DNA of 64,000 nucleotides from the human T2T-CHM13v2.0 reference genome, Homo sapiens: the NCBI RefSeq assembly GCF_009914755.1, contig NC_060927.1. One strand, given 5' to 3'. Position numbers and translations under genes: made by a program. The notes beneath the pieces are model-generated. The model was given only the letters and a program-made list of their open reading frames with translations, had not been told where the DNA came from and did not search any database. This document shows positions 50,047 through 64,000 of this stretch, piece by piece (the stretch's first letter is position 1; the number at the start of each line of letters is the position of its first letter).

Positions 50047-50648
50047 TGTGGTTTAAATGTGTCCCCTCAAAAATTTAGGTATTGCCGGCCAGGCACAGTG
50101 GCTCACGCCTGTAATCCCAGCACTTTGGGAGGCCGAGGTGGGCGGATCACGAGGTCAGGAGATAGAGACCATCCTGGCCAACACAGTGAAACCCTGTCTC
50201 TACTAAAAAAAAATATAAAAAATTAGCCAGGTGTGGTGGCGGGCACATGTAATCCCAGCTGTCAGGAGGCTGAGGCAGGAGAATGGCGGAGCTTGCAGTG
50301 AGCCGAGATCGCACCACTGCACTCCAGCCTGGGTGACAGGGCGAGACTCCATGTCAAAAAAAAAAAAGAAAAGAAAAGAAAACATAGGTGTTGCCAATGT
50401 GATAGTATTAAGAGGTGGGGCCTTTAACAGATTAATAGTCCCTGAGGGCGGCTCCCTTATTAATGGGATGAAGGCCCTTTTGTCTTCTGCCATGTGAGGA
50501 CACAGCAAGAAGGGCCTTGCCAGACCAAATCCTGGGGTCTTGATTTTGGACTTCCCAGCCACCAGAACTGTGAGAAATAAATTTCTGTTCCTTATAAGTC
50601 ACCCAGTCTATGGTGTTCTGTTAAAGCAGCACAAACAGACTAAGTAAC
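50047..50648 (+). mobile_element. MST-family MaLR LTR split by an Alu
   Basis: tgtggtttaaatgtgtcccc...gtattaagaggtggggcc...ccagaactgtgagaaataaatttctg. Confidence 0.82.
50087..50382 (+). mobile_element. Alu (Sc/Y-like, with small internal deletion) inside the MST LTR
   Basis: TSD-like taggt(a/g)ttgcc on both sides. Confidence 0.92.
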
Positions 50649-51796
50649 ATGGTCTTTTTTGACAGTGGTAACTGTTAGATGCTATTAACCTCAGTGCTCT
50701 CTTACTCACTCTGCAATACCATTGGACACCAGGGCAATGTCGTGACTTACAGGGTGATACGGAGAAGTTAGGAAGTTAGAAAGCCTGGCCTGGGTTCATG
50801 CTAGGTGTGTGGCTCTGTACACCCTCCCCGCTGCCTGCACTTGGCTTCCTCGTTGGTCACAAGCAGATGACAATATCTGCATATCTGCCCTTAGCTCTGC
50901 GAAGTGTTGCTGTGATGTGAAGATTGCTAACATGTAAGGGCTTTGAAATTGTAAAGACAATAAGAGCCATTCACCAAATATCTGCTGAGGACTTCCTAGG
51001 TACATGACAATGAGGGGAATACAAAAGTGTATAAAAGCCTTTCATTCTTGGAACACTTACTTTACTATATGAAGATAACACTGTCAAAAACAACTACCAA
51101 ACAAAGATGTACATGTGCTGAACAAAGTAGTGTTGAATTGCATAAAAAGCTACAGCATGCAGACGGGGAAGAGATGCTGCTGCAGGCTGGATTGGGGTCA
51201 GGGAAGCCTTCCTGGGTCTTTGAGACATGAAAGCAATGGAAGAGTCTATTTCAGGTAAAAAGGCTACTGTGAACAAAGACGCAGGGCTGGACAAGGCCAG
51301 GCGTGTGCTGGAGGCATGAGAATTCCCTGTTAGTGTGAATGGAAGGAAACCAGGTGAAGCCTGGATACCAGGAGGAAGGCTCTGTATGCAACAGTTCTGC
51401 GGGAGGCTGGATGGCAGGCAACAGAACCTGCTGGCAGAGGAACCCGCTGGGAAAGCACCAAAGATGTTTGGCAAGAGGGGAGATAAAGAGACTAGAAGGG
51501 CACTCTGTGCCAGGGCTGATGGAACTGAGGCCAGGGGATCAGGGGGCAGGGACAGCGTCTGAGAAAGATGGGACAGACTGGAGGGGAGGCCATGGGAGAG
51601 TGTGAATAGTGACAACAGGAGGTGGATGCGGGGACTTCAACGAGTACCCTTGAAAGTACTCAGGGGAGATGAGGAACATGATACTTACTTGTCACTTATT
51701 AAGAGCTCTGTGGGCATTAGCCTATTTAATGTGCACAGCCCCTTATGAGCTACTTACTGTTTTCACCACTGGTTTATTGATAAGAAAACTGAGGCT

Positions 51797-52117
<321 letters not shown>

Positions 52118-52297
52118 CTAAGAAAAGTCAATTAGCTTGCCCAAGATCCTCCAGCAGGGAGTCATGAAACTGGAATTCACACCTGAGCCTTCCCACCTCA
52201 AAGCCTATAAAGTTTATTCAGGCACACATTTAATAACCATGTTAAGAGACTCTTGAATTCTTTTTTTTTTTAATTTATTTTAAACTTCTTACACATA

Positions 52298-52457
52298 TTA
52301 GATTGGTGCAAAAGTAATTGCGGTTTTCACTATTAAAATTAATTAGGTCGATGCAAAAGTAGTTGTGGGTTTTGCCATTACTTTTAACGGCATCAAAAGT
52401 TTACTTTTTGCCATTCCTTTCAGTGGCAAAAACCGCAATTACTTTTGCACCAACTTA
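52298..52457. mobile_element. Compound MADE1 (Hsmar1-derived MITE, miR-548-type hairpin)
   Basis: ttagattggtgcaaaagtaattgcgg... and ...ccgcaattacttttgcaccaac inverted arms, plus a second internal left arm. Confidence 0.92.
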
Positions 52458-52750
52458 CAGTAAAATGCATAGGTCTTAGATGTTGAGATTGGTGAATTTT
52501 GACAGTTACAGATACCTGTGTAACCACCACCCAAAGCAAGGTGAAGAACATTTCATTCATCCCAGAAAATTCCTTTATTCTTCTTTCTTATCAGTCCCCC
52601 ACTCCCACCCACAAGGAACACGTTCTGGTTTATGTTTCCTTGGATTGTCTTGCCTACTCCAGATTTCAGACAAATGTAGTGTGTTCTGTTGTCTGGCTTC
52701 TTTCACTCTGCTTGTTTTTGGAACTCATCCATGTTGTTGCATGCATCAGT
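52458..52750 (-). mobile_element. Old L1M 3' end hosting the MADE1
   Basis: cagtaaaatgcatagg...gtgtaaccaccaccc...catccatgttgttgcatgcatcag. Confidence 0.7.
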
Positions 52751-54524
52751 GATTTGAAGAACTATGAACTTAGGAGTAAGAAGCAGATAAGTATGATGTT
52801 GGTAATATAAGTATCAAGGGGCCGTTCTTATTTGGCTTTCTGAGAACCTGACCTTTATACTAGTCTACCTGAAGCATGTATTTACCTGAGAGGAAATCGG
52901 GACTCGCAGCAGAAGAAAAGCTCAGGGAAAGACCAAGGCACACAGGTTTTCCTCACATAATGACTGTGGCATTAACTCTTCAACATAACGGCTCTGGAAA
53001 CACATTTTGGACAATGGCTTTTTTTTCAGTACAATATCCTTTTATCCAAAAAGCACACTAAATAAATATGCTAGAAGCAGTGATATTTTGACATCCAAGG
53101 CAGGCAAAACCACACTCAGAATTTAGTTGACATAACAGTGTCTCACCAAAGAATATCATATGAAACAGACCTGAACTGTGCACCTGTGCACCTTGTTTGC
53201 ACAGACTCAGTGTGCCTTGCAAATGTGAACCCGGCGAGAGAGAGAAGGAGCCAGCACCTTCTATAGCTCTCAGTTTCTTGTACATTTGTGCTATTCCCAC
53301 ACTGCCAAGCACTCTTGCGCTCAGCCTTTATTTTTCTCTAGCAATGTTAATCTGTATATAGCTTAAAGCATCATTTGCAGGCAAAATAGTTGTCAGCCCA
53401 AAGGTTGAAAAATGGGTGAAGTAAACATGAAGAAAGAATGAGCCTTCCAAAGAATGATGCCCTCCCTCAACTACTCTTGCTCCTTTGGTGAGTTCCAAAA
53501 ACCTTTATTACCTTGCACTTTATGTACAAACTAGATTCCTCTACCTTTGTGTTGTTGTTTATTACTTGCATTACTTACTTTTATTGTTCAATGGATAGAG
53601 TTTCCTACCTGTGAAAATTATCTGAGTATCTTGGTTTGGAGGACAATGCCTCATAATTTTTTTCCATTAAAATTAATGGGAAAAATTTCTTTCATTAAAT
53701 GACTTTGTCCTTAACAGCAAGAATTTCAGGAATGAATTGGGTGGTTAAACAGGGATAGATAGGTGGTATCAGACTTCTGACTTTCAAAAATGGGATTTTG
53801 CACCATGGCAGTTCTCTTGAATTGTTTTAAGTCCTTTTGTCACTCCTGTGGCATGTAAATTGGGTATTTACTTAAGTAAATGCAATGCAGATGGAAAGGA
53901 GACCCACACAGAGGTAAGAAGGAAAGGGGGAGGAGAGAAAGTCTAAGATGCTCAGAAATGGCAATTTCCTCTCACAGGCTTTGGCTTAAAGAAGGAGGGG
54001 TGGATCTGGAACTCCGCCTGCCCTGTGGCAACCTGGGCATCAGCTACACTGAAGAAGGCCAGGCAAGGCCAGAATCTGGGTAGTCCAGGCACTTAACTTT
54101 CGCTCAGATTCCACACGGAATCGGCTCCTGGCTGGAGCTCAGGGGCCTGACAAGGGTCTGTCTTGGCAGAGGCTGAAGAGTTTCTGCCCCAATTTGTGGG
54201 AGTTGAGGTGCGGGCCCCAGGCAGGGACACTTCTGGACTCTGGAGGTTCAGGATCCTAAGTTACACCTGCCACAGACTTCAAAGGACATTTCCTGAGGGA
54301 CCCAGGGGGGAAGGACCTCGCCTCAAGGACCCTGCCTCCTAGGCAAGTCCCCAGAGGCCCCCCAGTGACTCCAAGGGCTCCAGATGCCAAAGCAGAGGGA
54401 CCATCAAAGGGAAACACTAGGACTCCCTCAGCAAAGTCCAGACTCTGGGGGCTCTGCAGGACAAGGGACCCTGGATCTTCACCAGTGAAATTAGGGAGAG
54501 GCAGGTGGGGCGCCATAAATTCAA

Positions 54525-54890
54525 AGCAGCTTAAGAAACCAATCCGTCATTTGCCGCGCATAGACCTTACTTGGATTCTCATTTAAACAAACTATTAAAA
54601 AAAATTCTTAGACAGTTGGGGAAATGTAATGATGTTAAGGAATTGTTGTATTTGGTATGATAATTGCATTGTGTTAAGTTTTTTTTTAAAGAATTCTTAG
54701 AAATACATTCTGAAACACTTGTGGATGAAATGATGAAATTTGGGATTTGCTTCAAAATGATCCAATGGGAACAGGTGAAACCTCGCTGGGCATGCATTCG
54801 TATTGTTGAACCTGGGCAAGAGGAACACAAAATTCCATTGCATTATTTTGTCTACTTTTGAATATGTTTGAAGTTTCCCGTAATAAAATA
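54525..54890 (+). mobile_element. Ancient L1MD/L1ME 3' UTR fragment
   Basis: gatttgcttcaaaatgatcc...tacttttgaatatgtttgaagtttcccgtaataaaa. Confidence 0.65.
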
Positions 54891-55867
54891 TTAAGGAAGA
54901 AGGGAAGGAGGAAGGGAGAAAGGGAAGCGGAAGAGGTTTCATTATGGCTGCGGAGAAGTGAGGAAGCCCGTGAGGGAAGCTGTCTTTCAGCCTGGAAAGC
55001 TGCTTAGGATTCTGGCCACGTCAGGAAGGAAGGGCTTTTAGGAAGAAGAGAGAGCTCAGCAAAGGCCTGGAGACACATCCGAGGGCACAGCAGGTGGAGG
55101 TGGAGGATATGGGTGGCAAGGGTGGGAAGTAACTTAGCCCTGTTGTGAAGAGCTCTGGGCCAGGTGGATTGCAGGAGCCGTCTTAAGACTATGTGGCGGT
55201 TTCGAGCTGGGGATTATCCCACAAGAGCTGGACGGGCACAAGCCTCCCTGGTTGTCCTGGGGGGCCAACAGGCCAGCTGAGGCACCATCCCTGTTCTGTG
55301 CCTCTACCAGAATCCATGCAGCAGCTTGGTCTGAATTATCCACATTATTACCTGTGCCTGCTCGCCCCACTAGAGTAAAACAGGTGTCACCAAAGAAATA
55401 AAATAAAGAGTTACAAGGCCTGAAGGAAAATTAGGTACAACTACAAAGGATTCTTTGCATGGAGAGACTTGGGGGACAGGGCTGGAATGGGGGAAGAGGA
55501 AAGGACAGGCCATTGATTTTGCTCCTTGACTAAGCAACAGAGCCAAGGGGATTGTGGCTGACCGCAGGGCTGCACTCGGCCTCGAAGCCAGAGTGTGCTG
55601 CTAAAATGCCCGAGTGGAAATCTTCTATCTGGATTACATTTAAAATAAACTCTGATAGGTTGTCTTGTTTTCGTTTCTATTCTTTATATATTTAGGATTT
55701 ATTTAGTACCTGTTTCTAAAAACAATTTATGGACTCTGCTAATACTAATGTGCAGGTTTTCTTGGGAAATGTTTAGGTTCTGAAACCTCAATAAATGTTC
55801 CAGCCCTGGAAAAATATGCTAATTTGTGGTTCACATTACTATGATATGTTCAAAAATAGCTTAATCG

Positions 55868-56164
<297 letters not shown>

Positions 56165-58720
56165 CTTAATCAACGAATGTTTTAAATATCAGGATAATAG
56201 AGAAAAAGAAGTTAAGGGAGAAATTGTGTTTCCACCTACATTTTACATGGCCTAAAAATCTATGGCTCAAGAACTCAAGTTGTCACAAAGAAAATAAGCT
56301 TGGGCAATACCTCCCCTACACAGACATCAAAAGGGCCTACTAAGCACAAAAGAGGTAAGTCTAGGAGAAAAAAAATTAGAGGGTTCTACTTCATAGAATG
56401 ATTTTGAGTGTCTACTATATGAAAGGCAAATTTTGCTTTACTCTGATATTCACCAATTTTATAATTTTCCTTCTAATATTTGAGAGTGTGACGTTTCCCT
56501 TAGCCTTTAACTTAAAGAGGTGGGCACATTGCTTGGCCATCTCTCTGTGGATAGGACCTTCCTAAAAATGACAGCCCCTCGGTGACCTCCCAGCCTCCAG
56601 GGCCTGGGCGGGTAACAGCCTTTTAAAAGTTCCGTCCTCTGGGGATTTGAAAATACAGCCCAGGCCATATATAGAAGAGCAGAGTCCTCAATGGGCTTTG
56701 GATTCAGACAGAATTTCATGGCTGACTTGGGTTTAGGGAGGTCATTAAACCTCTAGGAGTTTGTAAGGATTAAATGAGAAAATTTAGGTTAAATATGTAG
56801 CCCAGCATCGGGCACATGGTGAGTGCTGAGTAAACGGGATCTGCTGTGTTATTATTATTCATTGTTGTTATTGCTGGCATTATTATTTTATGGGCATAAC
56901 GAATGAGCTGGCAACATCAGTACAAACTCAAGCCAGAATCTGACACGGCCAAAATAAAACCAGAGCCGGCAACCCAGCAAAGGAGCTGGTGCTCAACAGG
57001 CCTTTAGAGTCCTCTCTCCAGCTGTGGCTGGCCGGCTGCCCGCTCTCCCTGCTCCTCTCAGCTCCAGAGAAAAATGGCTTTTAGATAAAGCTCCTTTGAA
57101 GCTGGGAACTCGCTGTAGTGCCTAAGCCTGGGGACAGCCCCCAAAGGTGTTTTTTTTCCACTTCTGTTGACGGACAGTCTGCAATATACGTATCAGCCAC
57201 ATTAATCATTTTTCTTTTGGGGGCCTGCTCAAGAAGGGCCTGGTTAGTCTGTGAAGGAATTCCAGAGCGAGTAGGTGGCCTTGCATCTGAGAAAGAGGAA
57301 GCTTGTTTCAGGGCCAGACAAGCGAGTGTGAAACTTCCTGCCGAGGCAAAAGGGGGCGGGAGGGGTGCAGACTTCTGGTGGGGGGTCTACGTGGAGCAGG
57401 TGAAAGGACCCTAGCGAAAGGTCTCACCCCTCCTCTGGTCAGGGTAGACTTCCATGTCCTGCAGAGAACGAGCATCTCTGGGGCTTCCGATAACTCAGCC
57501 CCAGAGGACTCCATTGGCAGGGCCACTTCAAGCTGGTTATTGCTCAGAAAAAATTCCCGGGCCCTGAACCCTGAACGGGCTGCCTTTCCTCAGAGCCAGA
57601 GGGAACGGCAGAGAGGACATGCCTTCCTGTTCTTGATTGTTTTAAAGGAGCCATGTGTCCAATAATTAGGTTCTGTGAAAAAGGAGAGAGAGGGGGAGAA
57701 GAAAAGAAGACTAGAACGCAATGTGCTCCCCTTAGCTTGCGTAAAATTGTATAAATAAGACTTCTCAAGCGCAGTTTAGAATAAAAAAAAGAAAAAGGAG
57801 TTGTTTGCTCCAGAGTGTGGTGTGGTGAGGCGGGGTAGGAACACGTGGATGTGACTATCAACTTTCCTCGTCAAACAATCTTTCTCCCATGATTTGACAG
57901 CGAATCACCTCCTTACTGGGAAGTGAGTTTCATTTCAAGCTCGCATAAATAAAAAAAAAAAAATGGGCTATAACCCTTTTATGGAGTGAGTGAAAAATGT
58001 TTTGTGTAGGTAATTAGAGCATAAACTAGAATTCACCAGGTGCTTTTATATCATTTCCATAAAGTTTTATTGAATTAAGTTAACAAGGTTTTGGATTTAT
58101 ATGCCACATTTCTTCAGAGGGAACAAAACACGTTCATATATATTTCCTTGATTTTTAAAAATCCCAGTGAAGTAAGACCCAGAAGGCACTATCATTCCCA
58201 TAAAATAAAGTCTATGTGTAGAATATTTCCGTTTCTCTTTAGTATACTAAGATATGTTTGAACACCGTAAGAAATGCTTTTACTCACAAAAGAATGCCCT
58301 TATAATTGGTAGGAACACTTTAATTTTATTATGTGATACTGCTTTATAACCTCTCTATGGCTCTATGAATTCCAGCTTTGAAGCTGCACCTTCTTAAATC
58401 CTACTTTCTCCATTTAAACAGCAGTTTCAAAAATAATCTTTTTGAATATTTAAAAGATCAGAGGAACTGTTTAAATCCCTCTTTAAGACAGGAACATGAT
58501 CGTGTAACAATCCCCCTCTTCAACAGATGCCCTAAATGTAAAATAATTATTGCATTTTCATTATAAAAAAAGAATTTATTAGACACCATTCTAGTCACTC
58601 TAGTGAGCAATTTAGAAAAGGGGAGTATTTTTCCTCTTGGGGGTTTTACCAGAGGGGAAAAAAATTAATAGAATCAAAGATGATCAGGGGATGTGTACGT
58701 TGGAGTGCAAATGCGTTCTT

Positions 58721-58826
58721 TTTATGAACATGGACTGCTGCACGAATTGTGTGTCATCTTTGTGCAGGGACCATGCTAATCTCCGTATCATTCCAATTTT
58801 AGTATATGTGCTACAGGAGCAGGCTC
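58721..58826 (-). pseudogene. U6 snRNA retropseudogene (RNU6-xxP)
   Basis: Minus strand reads gagcctgctcctgtagcacatatactaaaattggaatgatacggagattagcatggtccctgcacaaagatgacacacaattcgtgcagcagtccatgtt, a diverged U6; ACAGAGA box mutated; short A-tail; TSD tg(c/t)gttctt at 58712-58720 and 58828-58836. Confidence 0.93.
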
Positions 58827-58844
58827 TTGTGTTCTTAATGAAGA

Positions 58845-59560
58845 AGCTTTCAAAATTGAGATGTAATTTACATGCCATAAAATTCACCTTAGTGAAGTGT
58901 ACATTTCAATGGTTTTTAGTACATACATGAAGCCATACAACCATCATCAGTATCTTCTCCCAGAGCATTTCATAACCCCCAAAAGAAACTCCATGCCCAT
59001 TAGCTCTCACTTCCCATCTTCTGGCCTCAGCCCCTGGCAACCACTAATCTATTTTCTGCCTCTATGCGTTTGCCTATTCTGGAAATTTCATACAGATGGA
59101 ATCATATAATTTTTTAGGTCTGGTTTATTTCACTTAGCATGTTTTTAAGGTCCATGCATGTTGTAGCACGTATTGATACTTCATTCCTTTTTATGCTGAA
59201 TAATATTCCATTGTAGGATATGCCGCATTTTATTTATTCATTCATCAATTGATGGACATTTGAGTTGCTTCTACTTTAGGGCTAATATGAATAATGCTAC
59301 TATGAATATTCATGTACAAGTTTTGTGTGGACATACGTTTTCAATTCTCTTAGGTATATACCCTAGGAGTAGACTTGCTGGTCCTGTGGTAACTATGTTT
59401 AACTGAGGAACTTCCGAACTGTTTCCCATAGTGGCTACGCCATTTTACATTTCCACCAGCAATGACTTACGAAGTTTCCAGTTTCTCCATATCCTTGCCA
59501 ACCATTGTGATTTTGATTGTAGCCATCCTAGTGAGTGTGAAGTGGTATCTCATGGTATCA
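58845..59560 (-). mobile_element. L1MB-type 3' end
   Basis: aaattcaccttagtgaagtgtacatttcaatgg...gtgtgaagtggtatctcat. Confidence 0.88.
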
Positions 59561-59698
59561 AGAGAGTGACCACTCAGATCATCAACAAAGGTTTGTAAAT
59601 AGGTTGTAATATTTTTCCCCAGAAGACCAAATGCCTACTACTTAATTGTTGCATATTCTGCAATTTCCTTCTTCCTTTTTTTTAATAAATGTTTTCAG

Positions 59699-60167
<469 letters not shown>

Positions 60168-60672
60168 CTAGCTTTTGTTTTCTTTCTTGATTTCTTGGAA
60201 AGGAAGCTGTCAGGAGAAAATAGAAGAAGGATAATCCAAATAGACCTATGCTTCGACATGCAAAATATGCTCTGCAGATTTGCCCTAAGTGGCTTTGTGC
60301 AAGAGTAGGGGCACCTTCCTAAGTCCACAGGGAGGAGCTGTGGGGGCATCACTCATGCTACCTGGCCCGGTAGGAGCAGACAGGCTCTTGGCAACATATG
60401 CAGCACCAGAGTGCCAACCCTGCACCAGTGTCCATCTCCTCCGTAAGACGCATGTTAAGATTCTCCCATGTGCATCAAGCATTGCTACCCCCGTCCAACC
60501 AAGGTAAGTAATGGCCCCAACTCAAGTGGCCTTTAGCTCAGGGGAAGATTCCTGAGATAGGTCTTTAGTCCCAAATCTTTCAGAGCTCAGTGGCCTTTTG
60601 AGGAAGCAGGAATTTCAAAGAAGAGTTGAAAACTGGGCTCCCCTCTGAATCCAGCCCTATCGTCCCATATAA

Positions 60673-61018
<346 letters not shown>

Positions 61019-61209
61019 TAATGAACCTGTTGCCTAGGCTAGGGTTCAGTGGAGTGATCACGGCTCACTGCAGCCTCAACTTCCTGGGCTCAAGTGATCC
61101 TCCTACCAGTATAAACATTTTTTCTAGATCATGTTCAAGATGCAACAGGATCTTTATTTTCCTATACAAGTCAAATATGATATGCGTGGGAATTAAATTT
61201 GTAAATTAT

Positions 61210-61502
61210 ATTTTTTGTTTTTTAAGACAGGTTCTCACTGTTGCCCAGGCTGAAGTGCGATCACAGCTCCCTGCAGCCTCAACCTCCCCAGGCTCAGGTG
61301 ATCCTCTGACCTTAGCCTCTTGAGTAGCTAGGACCACACATGTGGTGGCATGCACCACCACACTTGGCTAATTTTTGTATTTTTTGTAGAGATGAGGTTT
61401 CACCATGTTGCCCAGGCTGGCCTCAAATTCCCGACCTCAAGCAATCCACCTGCCTCAGCCTCCCAAAGTGCTGGGATTACAGGTGCGAGGCATCATGCCT
61501 GA
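61210..61502 (-). mobile_element. AluJ
   Basis: Reverse Alu dimer. Confidence 0.88.
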
Positions 61503-61504
61503 CC

Positions 61505-61907
61505 TTTATGATTTTCTTGAATAAACATAGACATTGACACCCCCATCTTAAAACTTGAAACTTATTTGTCTCATCTGGGTTCCTTCTTCAGGAAACTGAC
61601 CCTTAGGCAAAGGACTAAAATTCACCAGATCACTGCATCCGGCCAGTAAGACACCAGTCGCTTTATTCATTTTCCTTACCCTTCCCTAGTTCCTGTTTTC
61701 CCACACACAATTCCATCCCTTCTCAGCTACATAAACCCCCAATTTTAGTCCATTGAGGAGATGGATTTGAGACTTATCTCCCATTCTCCAGGATAACGTC
61801 ACCTGAATAAAAAGCCTTCTTCCCTGGTGATACTCGTTTTCTCAGTGATTGGCTCTCTATGTGGTGAGTGATGGGACCCAGATGGAACCCATGGTGTTTC
61901 AGTAACA
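61505..61907 (+). mobile_element. ERV1 solo LTR, MER39/MER34-family-like
   Basis: cttgaaacttatttgtctcatctgggttcc...; TATA-like tacataaa 61728-61735; AATAAA 61806-61811; ends in gtttcagtaaCA. Confidence 0.75.
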
Positions 61908-62294
61908 CCTCTTCCACTCAGGTAAGTGGGTATCTTGGTTTTGGCAGAGTCTGGCTTGAGCGAGTCACAGTGTTATAGGAACTCAAGACAGACCTTCTGA
62001 GGGGATGAAGACAGGATGCCAAAGAGAAATAAAAATAAACATGTGTCTAGAACGTGTGCCCCTTATGTTGTAGCATCCCAGGGAGAGCTTGAAGGTGCAG
62101 GGCCAGGAAGGAGCTGCTCCTCAGCACAAAATGACTCCACACACAGAGGTTTGAAGAAGCCCCTTGCAGAACCTGGAGATGGTCCCCTGAGGCCAAGGCT
62201 TTTACAATCTGTAGTCTCAGCTTCCATCTCCAGGAAGTCGGCCTTGAGAACTTCCTGTTTTTCAGGAAGCTGGTTCAAAGAAGCTGGTTCTGGC

Positions 62295-64000
<1,706 letters not shown>

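Noticed and set aside
51094-51615. 173-aa Ser/Leu/Pro-rich minus-strand ORF
   Set aside because: Composition reflects a purine-rich opposite strand; no recognisable family and no evident ATG start
58721-58826. Functional U6 snRNA gene
   Set aside because: Many substitutions including the ACAGAGA box, a TSD and A-tail, and L1 sequence upstream instead of a PSE/TATA promoter
60501-60509. Consensus donor AAG|GTAAGT
   Set aside because: No convincing upstream acceptor or promoter could be paired with it; such 9-mers occur by chance

Overview
Primate (almost certainly human) genomic DNA, roughly half interspersed repeats (Alu, L1, L2, MIR, MaLR/ERV1 LTRs, Tigger/MER/MADE1 DNA elements). The only host coding sequence I can support is a short terminal exon at 34797-34894 (+). 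It encodes ...[32 protein letters not shown], the C-terminus of a UBE2E-class ubiquitin-conjugating enzyme, most likely UBE2E2 given the >34 kb exon-free intron upstream. A 3' UTR with proximal and probable distal poly(A) signals follows. Positions 1-34796 are therefore the last intron and about 37000-64000 is downstream intergenic DNA. That downstream part holds a U6 retrocopy, a compound MADE1/miR-548-type hairpin with two perfect Hsmar1 TIR cores, and a MER39-like LTR followed immediately by a consensus splice donor. Nearly all ORFs in the supplied track are L1/Alu/simple-repeat by-products or chance ORFs. I found no convincing novel multi-gene system; the findings are local structural and regulatory hypotheses. 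Repeat subfamily names come from recalled consensus motifs, and boundaries are approximate unless a TSD or TIR is quoted.
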